In this document: piece after piece, positions 1 through 8,300 of the stretch
Layout of the letters: every line of letters starts with the position of its first letter
How positions within the stretch are numbered: position 1 is the first letter of the stretch
Source of the DNA: an uncultured Oscillospiraceae bacterium
GTDB lineage: Bacteria > Bacillota > Clostridia > Oscillospirales > Oscillospiraceae
DNA: 64,000 nt
Direction of reading: 5' to 3'
Assembly (NCBI GenBank): GCA_910579775.1
Contig: CAJTUE010000003.1
Coordinates: 79,653-143,652, forward strand
The notes under the pieces: generated by a model
Seen by the model: only the letters and a program-made list of their open reading frames with translations
What the model was told of the DNA's origin: nothing
Databases searched by the model: none
Program-made: the position numbers and the translations under genes

Positions 1-2
1 AC

Positions 3-110
3 GCCGACGATCCCACTATGGAGTTTCGCTACTGCTCCAAGTGCGACGGGTACTACTGCTACTGCATGGACCACATCAACGACCACGTCCACATCCGCAA
101 GGACGATTGA
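3..110 (+). CDS. 3' end of an upstream CDS with a Cys/His-rich C-terminus, function unknown
   Basis: The frame is open from the window edge: ...ADDPTMEFRYCSKCDGYYCYCMDHINDHVHIRKDD, with TGA at 108-110. No family recognised by eye. Confidence 0.4.
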   Translation, partial: ADDPTMEFRYCSKCDGYYCYCMDHINDHVHIRKDD

Positions 111-197
111 CCCACACAGCACGGCCCGATCGGGGTCTACCCGCCGGGAGCAAACATTTGTAAGGCCCGATGCCCTTATCGGGCCTTTACACGCAGA

Positions 198-229
198 AGA
201 GAGCCTTCACTTCGCAGTGAAGGCTCTCT
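198..229. terminator. GC-rich hairpin between convergent CDS ends (possibly a bidirectional terminator)
   Basis: Inverted repeat agagagccttcac / gtgaaggctctct with a 5-nt loop and a T-rich run after it on the + strand. A second hairpin aaggcccgat/atcgggcctt lies at 162-187. Confidence 0.6.
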
Positions 230-233
230 TGCT

Positions 234-878
234 TTATTTCTTTGAAAGGTGGGCGACGATCAGGTCGATCTGGACCTCGCTCAGTCCCACCTTCTCCAGC
301 AGATAGGTCCGGGTGGCGGCGGCCAGGTCCATACTATCCAAGGCAGCCTCGTCAGCCGCTCCGGTAAAGGTCAGAAGGTTGGATATAGCCTCTGCCCTTG
401 CAACGCGCCAGGGGGCCGTATAGGGCTCTACGCGGCAGTATTCCTCATAGGAGCGCAGGTAGTCCGCCAACAGCTCCTCCTTGGACGCGCCCATGAGGGC
501 CTCCAGTACCATGCACAGATAGCCGGTACGCTCTATTCCCTCCGTGCCGTGGATCAGATAGGGTCCGGGACGCTCGGAGATAAAATCCAGGCCGTTGCCC
601 ATATCCTCCAAAAAAGCTTCGGAGGCATAGCTATGCCCCATGTTCAACGCCACTTGGTCGGTTGCGTCCAGCCGGGCATAATAGGTGTCCCGGTACCCCG
701 CAAAGCTGCGGAAACGCAGACGGCAATCGGCAGTGTTCACTACCGTTGCGATCCCGGTACGCCGTAGCAGAGCGTCGGCCACAAAGCGGCGCTCCCCCTG
801 GCGGGGGTCGATGGGACTGGAGGAACGGTAGAGCACCCCGGGGGCAATGCCCCCGGCGGTGATCTCCCGAAAGTTCAC
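234..878 (-). CDS. Tyr-phosphatase-like protein (Y_phosphatase3/CX5R type) lacking the catalytic Cys
   Basis: 214-aa ORF with a GTG start at 876-878 preceded by GAGG. PYLIHGTEGIERTGYLCMVLEAL...ADYL resembles the HCxxGxxRTG P-loop region, but Gly (GGC, 546-548) replaces Cys. Confidence 0.6.
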   Translation of the reverse strand: MNFREITAGGIAPGVLYRSSSPIDPRQGERRFVADALLRRTGIATVVNTADCRLRFRSFAGYRDTYYARLDATDQVALNMGHSYASEAFLEDMGNGLDFISERPGPYLIHGTEGIERTGYLCMVLEALMGASKEELLADYLRSYEEYCRVEPYTAPWRVARAEAISNLLTFTGAADEAALDSMDLAAATRTYLLEKVGLSEVQIDLIVAHLSKK

Positions 879-919
879 ATAAGCCTCATCGGAGGGGTAA
901 TTGGCCCGCTCCGGGTCGC

Positions 920-3118
920 TTACTGCGCGGGGGTAAAAAAATCGGTGTAGTTGGTGAGGATCTGAGCCAGCTCGGCGCGGGTAGCAGTGTCACCGGGAGC
1001 CAGCAGGTTGCCGGTCTTACCGGAGACCACCTTAGCGCCCACAGCCCACTGGAAGCCGGGGATGGCCCACTCGGTGAGCGCCTCACCGTCGGCAAAGTCC
1101 AGCAGATTGACTTCTTCAGAAGCGGTGTGGCCCTTCTTCTCCGCATAGCGGGCAAGGATGGTGACCAGCTCGGCGCGGACCACAGCCCGGTCGCCCTCAA
1201 AGCCATTACCGGTCCCGGTGGTCAGTTCCATCTGCTCGGCCCAGCGCGCGGCGTTCTCATACCACTTGCCCTGGGCGTCGGGGAAGGTAGCCATCTTGTT
1301 GGTGACCTCTGGCTTGCCCTCCAGGTTGTAGAGGGCCTGGAACACCGTGGCCCGGGTAACAACAGCGTCAGCGTCAAAGCCGTTGCCGGTAGAGGACATC
1401 AGGCCCTTGTCCATAACATTCTTGGCGGCGGCGGTATACCACTGCCCCGCCTCCAATCCTACATACTTCACATGGATGCGGCCCTGGGGCGCGGCATAGG
1501 TCTCGCCCACAACACCGTCCAGCTTCTCGGTAATGAAAGCCATGAGCGCCTCGTCCAGAGGCACGCCGGTGTCCACAATGTTCTCGGAGGTGGAGAAGGT
1601 ATAGTAGGTGTCGCCGCCGGCAGCCACGAAGTCGTTGGTGATGACGGCATAGGTGGCGTTGGCATCAAAGTCCTTGCCGTTCACGCTGTCGATGGTGACG
1701 CGGTTGATGGACTTGGGCGCGGCATAGGTAGTGCCCTCGTAGTTCTCGCCCGCGTCAAAGACGGCGGCGGTGTCGATGGTAAACTCAATGCCGGAGACCT
1801 GGGGGAAGCCGCCCACGGCGGTGGGGGTGCAGAAGGTGGAAGCCTCCAGAGCCTCCAGCAGGGCTGCGCCCTTGATGTAGATGGTGGCGACGGTGTTGCC
1901 GAAGGGCAGGACCTTGTTCACGTCCTGGCGGGTGATGTCGCCGGCAGCGATGGCGGCGCGGATACCGCCGCCGTTGGTGACGGCGATGACGTGGTCATCG
2001 TCCACGTCCAGACCGCCGTCCTTGGTGACCTGCCAGACCATGGCGTCACAAATCAGGTCGCCCAGGTTGGTCTCCTCGGTGCGGTTGCCGGGGGCGCGCT
2101 CGCCGTTGAGGTCCACTTCGCTCTTGGCAAACACCTGGCCGTACAGCTCGTTCACCGCGTCCACCACGGCCTTGGCGGCCTCAGCAACGGTCTCGTCGGC
2201 CCCGGGAATGGCGTCCACGGGGACCAGCTCGGCGGTGATGTTCTTGTCGCCGTCGATGATGACCACGCCCACGTTGGCGATCTTGGTGCCGGTGGAGGTG
2301 ATGACGGTCTCACCCACCTTGTTGGAGTCGTTGGTCTTGGCCCTGATGTCAGCAATGGTGGAGTGGGAATGGCCGTCGATGAGGAGGTCGATGCCCTCCA
2401 CCTTGGCCAGCAGGTCGATGGAGCGGTTGCCGTTGGCAGCGGACTCGTCGTCGATGCCCAGGTGGGACAGGCAGACGACCAGGTCCACGTTCTCCTTCTT
2501 CAGCGCCTCCACCTCAGCCTTGGCGACGGCATACAGCTCCTCGCCGCCCTCAAAGGTCACGCCCTTGATCTTGGCGGGGTGGGCCTTGGTAGCGGTCTCG
2601 GGGGTGTCCAGGCCGAACAAACCGATCTTCTTGCCGCCCTTCTCGATGACCACGTGGTCGCCGAAGGCCAGCTTGCCGTCAAACTTGATGTTGGCGGCCA
2701 GAACAGGGAACTCAGCCAGCTCCGCCAGGGTCTTGAGGTTCTCATAGCCGTAATCGAACTCATGATTGCCGGGGGCTACCGCCTCGTAACCCGCCAGGTT
2801 CATCAGCTCCACGGCGCTCTTGCCCTCGGAAACGCTGACGTAGGTCTCCCCCTGGGAGAAGTCGCCCGCGTCCACCAGCAGCACATGGGCACCGGCGTCG
2901 GCAAACCTCTTCTTCAGGGTGGCGACCTTGGCGTAGTTCTCCACCGCCCCATGGACGTCGTTGGTGTGCAGGATCACGATCTTCCCCTCCACGTCAGCAG
3001 GGACAGTGTAGGGAGCGGTCACAACAGGGGTCTCCTCCTCGCCATCCACCGCAAGCGCGGGGATCGCCAGGGAGAAGAACATCGCCATGACCAGCAACAG
3101 GGACAAAAACTTCTTCAT
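920..3118 (-). CDS. secreted 5'-nucleotidase / metallophosphoesterase with three C-terminal SLH domains
   Basis: 732-aa ORF with RBS AAAGGTGA and signal peptide MKKFLSLLLVMAMFFSLAIPALA. Metallophosphoesterase motifs HTNDVHG, GDFSQG, GNHEFD and DGHSH are present, followed by a 5'-nucleotidase C-terminal region. The last ~190 aa hold three SLH-type repeats (QWYTAAAKNV.., KWYENAARWA.., LTEWAIPGFQWA..). Confidence 0.85.
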   Translation of the reverse strand: MKKFLSLLLVMAMFFSLAIPALAVDGEEETPVVTAPYTVPADVEGKIVILHTNDVHGAVENYAKVATLKKRFADAGAHVLLVDAGDFSQGETYVSVSEGKSAVELMNLAGYEAVAPGNHEFDYGYENLKTLAELAEFPVLAANIKFDGKLAFGDHVVIEKGGKKIGLFGLDTPETATKAHPAKIKGVTFEGGEELYAVAKAEVEALKKENVDLVVCLSHLGIDDESAANGNRSIDLLAKVEGIDLLIDGHSHSTIADIRAKTNDSNKVGETVITSTGTKIANVGVVIIDGDKNITAELVPVDAIPGADETVAEAAKAVVDAVNELYGQVFAKSEVDLNGERAPGNRTEETNLGDLICDAMVWQVTKDGGLDVDDDHVIAVTNGGGIRAAIAAGDITRQDVNKVLPFGNTVATIYIKGAALLEALEASTFCTPTAVGGFPQVSGIEFTIDTAAVFDAGENYEGTTYAAPKSINRVTIDSVNGKDFDANATYAVITNDFVAAGGDTYYTFSTSENIVDTGVPLDEALMAFITEKLDGVVGETYAAPQGRIHVKYVGLEAGQWYTAAAKNVMDKGLMSSTGNGFDADAVVTRATVFQALYNLEGKPEVTNKMATFPDAQGKWYENAARWAEQMELTTGTGNGFEGDRAVVRAELVTILARYAEKKGHTASEEVNLLDFADGEALTEWAIPGFQWAVGAKVVSGKTGNLLAPGDTATRAELAQILTNYTDFFTPAQ

Positions 3119-3170
3119 GCTCGTTCACCTTTCCGTTTCTTTGATTTACCCATAAGGGCTTAACAAAATT

Positions 3171-3199
3171 ATTGTAACATTCCTGTAATATTCCCGCAA
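3171..3199 (-). promoter_or_regulatory. candidate sigma-A promoter of the 5'-nucleotidase gene
   Basis: The minus strand reads TTGCGG - 17 nt - TACAAT, about 45 nt upstream of the ATG at 3118. Confidence 0.5.
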
Positions 3200-3236
3200 G
3201 GCTTTTCGCCCAATTTCCCAAAATTTCTTGCGTGGA

Positions 3237-3269
3237 GACAAAAAGGCGCGCCGTTTTCGGCGCGCCTTT
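3237..3269 (-). terminator. intrinsic terminator after the histidine kinase gene
   Basis: Stem aaaggcgcgcc/ggcgcgccttt with a 6-nt loop, followed by TTTT on the minus strand. Confidence 0.75.
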
Positions 3270-3283
3270 GGCGTATCTATCCT

Positions 3284-4126
3284 TCAAGGGGCGGAGGCGG
3301 GCAGGACGATATGAAACACCGTGTCCTCTCCGGTGGACTCCGCGGCGATGGAGCCGCCGTGGCTATCCACGATCTCCTTGGCGATGGCCAGGCCCAACCC
3401 CGCCCCGCCGGTGCGGGTGGAGCGGGCGGCGTCCAGACGATAAAACCGCTCAAAAATATTGGACAGCTCCTTTTCCGGGATGCCCAGCCCCCGGTTGGCG
3501 ATGCGGATGTGGACCCTTCCCTCCTCCAGCGAGGCGGTGAGGCGGATGGTCCCGCCCTCGTGGGAGTAGCTCACGGCGTTTCGCAGCACGTTGTCAAAGA
3601 CCCGGGCCAGCTTGTCCGCGTCCCCTACCGCGGCCAGACCGGGGGCAATGTCCGCCTCCAGTTTCAGTCCCTTGTTCTCCAGCAGGGGGTAAAATTCGTC
3701 GGTGATCTGTTCCAGTAGCAGGGTAAGCTGAACGGTTTCCCGTTTGTCGCTGTCCTGATGGAGCTCCATGCGGGAAATATCAAAAAATTCCTCCAACAAA
3801 CTCTCCAGGCGGCGGGCTTTCTCCAAAGCCACCGCAGTGTAGCGCTCCCGCTCGGCCGGGTAGAGACCGGGCTTGTCGCTCAAAAGGGTGAGATACCCCA
3901 CCACAGAGGTCAAGGGTGTCTTCAGGTCGTGGGCCAAAAAGGCCACCAGGTCCTTCTTTCGCTTCTGCTCCTGCCGCGCCGCCTCCCGCTGGATCTCCAG
4001 TTCATCCCTCACCGCCTTCAGCTCCCGGTCCACCCGCCGCCAGCGGCGAAAATACTTCACCAGGAAAACCACCGCCGCCAACAGCAGCAGCGCCAGAAAC
4101 CCGATCCAAAAGTGCATGATCTTCAC
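3284..4126 (-). CDS. sensor histidine kinase (HisKA + HATPase_c) with a single N-terminal TM helix and no partner response regulator
   Basis: 280-aa ORF with RBS GAGGTGA. It has one TM helix (FWIGFLALLLLAAVVFLV), a charged coiled-coil linker, H-box FLAHDLKTPLTSV, an N box LRNAVSYS and G boxes IANRGLGIP / GGAGLGLAIAKEIV. Confidence 0.85.
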   Translation of the reverse strand: MKIMHFWIGFLALLLLAAVVFLVKYFRRWRRVDRELKAVRDELEIQREAARQEQKRKKDLVAFLAHDLKTPLTSVVGYLTLLSDKPGLYPAERERYTAVALEKARRLESLLEEFFDISRMELHQDSDKRETVQLTLLLEQITDEFYPLLENKGLKLEADIAPGLAAVGDADKLARVFDNVLRNAVSYSHEGGTIRLTASLEEGRVHIRIANRGLGIPEKELSNIFERFYRLDAARSTRTGGAGLGLAIAKEIVDSHGGSIAAESTGEDTVFHIVLPASAP

Positions 4127-4152
4127 CTCTCAGCTCTTACGTCAGTACAGGC

Positions 4153-4180
4153 AAGGCCACCGGCAAATGCCGGTGGCCTT
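4153..4180 (-). terminator. strong hairpin after the 376-aa SLH gene (probable operon end)
   Basis: aaggccaccgg / ccggtggcctt, an 11-bp stem with a 6-nt loop. The U-tract on the minus strand is weak. Confidence 0.5.
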
Positions 4181-4201
4181 GAAAACGCTTTGATGCGCGG
4201 C

Positions 4202-5332
4202 TTATTCGCCGTCCTGAACGATCTGGTCGGTGCCCGCCAGAGGGCCTGCGTCGGTCAGATCGTCATGGTAACGCCAACGCTCGTCGATCCAGCACTGGCT
4301 CCAGTGCTCCGGCAGAGTCTGCTTGTCCGGACCAGTGTAGGTCAGGGCGTGGTCGTTGGCCGCCTCGATAATCTCATAATAGGCCCAGTGGTTGGCGGGA
4401 ACGTCGGGCCAGGTCATGTACTCGTCGGTGCCGTCCTCGGTGTTGTTGCTGGCTACGCCGGAGTGGACATACTCGCTCAGTTCACTGAGGCCGTCGGCAT
4501 CTACGCCCCGGTAGAGGTAGGCGTTGAATACCTTCACCGCCTCGTCACGGCGAATGTTGTTCAGCGGCTTGAAAGTGCCGTCGGTGTAGCCGTCGATCCA
4601 ACCCGCGCCGGTGGCCAGCTTCAGGCCCTCCTTGGCCCAGTCGCCCACGTCCGCCATGTCGTCGAAGTCGTCCTTCTCCACCAGGCCAACGGGAATACGG
4701 TCCATCTTCGTGGCCAGACGGGCCACGGCGGTGACGTACTCCTGCCGGGTGATGGGCGCGTCTGGCTGGAAGGTCCCGTCCAGGTAACCATTGAACACAT
4801 CGAACTTGGAACAGTAGGCGATGGCGGACTCGGCCCAGTGACCGGCCACATCGCTGTAGTTACCGGGGTTACCGTAGTTGGCCCCTTCCTCAAAGCCCTG
4901 CAGTCCCGCCCGGGCGATGATGGTGGCCACGCTGCCCCGGGTGATGAAGTCACCGGGGCCGAACTGGCCGTTGGGATAACCGATGACATAGTGCTGATGA
5001 TAGGGGGCATAAACGGCGTAGAAGGTAGTGTCCTTGGTGACCCGCTCCGCGGTGGGGTCCACCAGGGGAGCCACCTCCCCCACCTTCAGCTTGGAGGGGT
5101 CGGTCAGGGACCAGCCCAGGAAGGTCCGCCGGTCCAGCGGAGTGACCTTGGGCACATGAGCGGGCTTGGTGTCCTGGGGAACGGCCTCGGAAGTGAGGTC
5201 GCTGGAGGTGCCGCCCACGCCCAGGTTGTAGTCCACGGAGACAGGACACCCCGCCGCGGCGGCGCTGAGCGCCGTCGCGGTGAGGATGGTCATAGTCAGA
5301 AGCAGGGCGAGAAGTCTTTTCGCGTTCTTCAT
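4202..5332 (-). CDS. secreted protein with one InlB-B/Flg_new repeat plus SLH repeats; a free-standing paralogue of the giant protein's anchor module
   Basis: I prefer the ATG at 5330-5332, 8 nt after AGGAGG (5341-5346), over the GTG of the ORF track (5341). Signal peptide MKNAKRLLALLLTMTILTATALSAAAA. Listeria-Bacteroides-type repeat (..RRTFLGWSL..TTFYAVY). SLH motifs include YSDVAGHWAESAIAYC...TRQEY. It is about 70% identical by eye to the last ~350 aa of the 5,922-aa protein. Confidence 0.8.
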   Translation of the reverse strand: MKNAKRLLALLLTMTILTATALSAAAAGCPVSVDYNLGVGGTSSDLTSEAVPQDTKPAHVPKVTPLDRRTFLGWSLTDPSKLKVGEVAPLVDPTAERVTKDTTFYAVYAPYHQHYVIGYPNGQFGPGDFITRGSVATIIARAGLQGFEEGANYGNPGNYSDVAGHWAESAIAYCSKFDVFNGYLDGTFQPDAPITRQEYVTAVARLATKMDRIPVGLVEKDDFDDMADVGDWAKEGLKLATGAGWIDGYTDGTFKPLNNIRRDEAVKVFNAYLYRGVDADGLSELSEYVHSGVASNNTEDGTDEYMTWPDVPANHWAYYEIIEAANDHALTYTGPDKQTLPEHWSQCWIDERWRYHDDLTDAGPLAGTDQIVQDGE

Positions 5333-5348
5333 GATACGCACCTCCTAC

Positions 5349-8300
5349 TTAATGGAGCCAGACGCGGAAGCCCGCGGATAACAGAGCGGCGTTGGGACCG
5401 CCGTCGTTCAGGTCATCGTGGTAACGCCAGCGCTCGTCGATCCAGCACTTGTCCCACTCCTCGGGCAGGGTATAGCCCAGCTCGGACTCGAAGTCAGGCA
5501 CGAACTCGTGGTCGTTGGCAGCTTCCACGATCTCATAGTAGGCCCAGTGGCCCTGCGGCACGTCAGGCCAGGTCATGTACTCGTCGGTACCGTTGCCGGT
5601 GACGTTGCTGGCAACGCCGGAGTGGACATATTCGTGGAGCTTGCGCAGCCCGTCGGCGTCCACGCCGCGGTTCAGATAGGCGTTGAAGACCTTCACGGCC
5701 TCGTCACGGCGGATGTTGTTCAGCGGCTTAAAGCTGCCGTCGGTGTAGCCGTTGACCCAGCCCTTCTTGTAGGCGGTGTAGATGCCGCCCAGAGCCCACG
5801 ACCCGGCCTCGTCGATGTCGGTGAAGTCCATCTCACCGGGGGTCATGACGCCGTCCAGACGGGCGATGACCAGGGCGAACTCCTGACGGGTGATAGGCTG
5901 GTTGGGCTTGAAGGTACCGTCGGTGTAACCCTCAAAGACGCCGTACTTGGAGCAGTAGGCAATGGCGCTCTCGGCCCAGTGTCCAGCCACGTCGGTGTAG
6001 CCGCCGGGGTTGCCGTAGTTGGAGCCTTCCTTAAAGTCGGGCAGGATGGCCCGGGCGATGATGGTGGCCACGCTGGCGCGGTCGATGTTATCGGCGGGGC
6101 CGAAGTTGCCGTTGGGATAGCCGATGACATAGTGCTCATGATAGGGCCGCTCGATGATCACCGCGTAGAAGGTCATGGTCTCACCCTTGGCCGTCACGGT
6201 CTTGGGATCCACCAGTTCGATCTTCTCACCCTTCTTCAACGTGGCGGGGTTGGTCAGAGACCAGCCGCGGAAGACGTAGCCGTCCAGAGCGGTGACCGTG
6301 GGCACCTTGCTGGGCCGGCTGCTCTCGCTCACGTCCTCAATGGTGGCGTCAGCGGTGACGCCGTGGATACCCACATGGTAGAGCACCTTGCACGGGCAGG
6401 TCTCCACCACACCGCCGCCACCGCCGGGAGAGCGGATGGTGATCTGGAACACGTAGGTGGACTGGATCGTTCTCGCGTCCTCCGGATCGTCCGCATTGGC
6501 CTTACCCAGAGCCAAGAGGGTCAGAGAATAGGTCCCGACCTTCGAGGTGTCCGCTGCGCTCAGATCGAGGACAACGCTCTGCTTGGCGCCGTCCACGGTG
6601 AGGTCAAAGCCTGTGGGCAACGTGCCCAGAGTGGCTCCGATCCCGTTTTCGGCAGAGGAAGTGATCGTATCCTGTGCCACCGTCCACTGTACGTCGTAGA
6701 CATTCGCACCATACGCGCCCAGGTTGATGGTGTAGCTGCCCAGCCCGGTAGCGCCCTGCATGACGGAAACGGTGCGGCGGTCATCCACCTTGGGGCCGGT
6801 CGTATCGGCCGGGTCGCTGCCGTCCTTCACGTCGTCGTGCATCAGGTAGGGTATCTTCTGTGTGATGTGGATAATGTGGTCGCCGTCCTCAGGATCACGC
6901 TCCACCTCCGGGTCGGGCGTGAGGTGGTCTGTAACGGTCAAGTCTGTGTTCTCGGTAATGTCCTCCTTGACGTCGGGAGTCGTGTCATCTTCTTCAGCGT
7001 AGACGTAGTTGGGATCGATGGTCACGTCCACCTTGACTTCCGTGTGCTTGCCGTCAGGCTCGCCGGGTTCAGGCTTCCAGGTGACGGTCACGTCCTGGAT
7101 GGGCACGTTGCCCTTGTCGTCCGGCGTTTCATTATCCACCGGCTCGTCGTCCTCGGTGGTTCCCTTCACCTCGGTAGGCTCGGTCTCGGGATCGGTAACG
7201 GTCACGTCTACCTTGGTGATGACCTTGGGATCGACCATAACGATCAGCTCATAAGTGGCCGTCACGTCAGGTTCGCCGCCCTCTGCGGCCAGCTCCGCAT
7301 TGGAGTAACCGGTAAGGGTAAACTTCGCGTGATGCTCGCCCACCCAAAGCTTTCCGCTCACAGGGGCCAGCTCCAGAACAAAAGTCTTTTCTCCGTCGCC
7401 AGAGGCAAACTGACCGTTGGTAAAGGTGGGATACGCACTGCCTTCCGCCAGCTTAAAGCCGGTCAGCTCATCCACCGTAAACACTGTGCCATGAATGGCC
7501 GCGTCCAGACTATGGAGCTTCACGGTGTACTGCGGTTCCACGTCCAGATAGGTGATGCGCTCGTTCTTACGGAAAGTCTCGTTGGTGTACGCCATGGCTT
7601 CGGGCGCCGTGGTAAAGGTCCCGTCGTAGCCCTCCGGCTTTTCCACCAGACTGTAGTCCGTGTCAAACTCGCCGGGCTTCAGCACATTCTCCACGTCGGC
7701 AAAATTCCGGATGATATCCGCAAACTCTGCGCCCACAGGAGGCTTGGCAATGGTGATGGTCATGTCGGTGACCGCCGCGGCGTAGTTCCACTTCTCCTCC
7801 GCCGTATCCGGCTTGTAGGTGAAGGTGAATCTATAGGTGCTGGGTTCCCCGGTACCTTGGAAGCGGGTGGGCGCCACCGTCCACGTGCCCTTATCGTAAA
7901 CGCCGCTGTCGTTGTTGGTCACATCGCCCGCATGACCGGTCGTATCGATCTGCGTGGCGGCTTGATCGTGAACGTTCTCGTAAGCAAACAGATGCTTGCG
8001 CACCGTCTCGTTGTACATGGGCACGCCGTTTTCATCCACAGGGATAAAGCTTCCGGCTGTATTCGCCGCCACATAGGCGTCGCCGCGCTTCACAGAAGTG
8101 TCCTGTGCTGCCGCGTGCGTCACAGCCAACTGGCCGGGCTCCACGTTGACCGTATAGGTCACGTCCTTGGATTTTCCGGCGTTGGTGGTAATGCGAACGG
8201 TAAGGACGACCTCGTTGTCCACTGCGCCGGCCTCGGCATAGGTCGCCTTGGTGCCGTCCTCTACCTGAACGTTGGTGTTCACAGGGGACTTGACGCTGAA

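Noticed and set aside
5240-5332. A possible lipoprotein lipobox (..LSAAAAGC..) in the 376-aa SLH protein.
   Set aside because: The Cys aligns with the first Cys of the Flg_new repeat in the giant protein (..ETCPCKV..). The -3 position is Ala rather than Leu/Val/Ile. An ordinary signal peptidase I site is equally likely.
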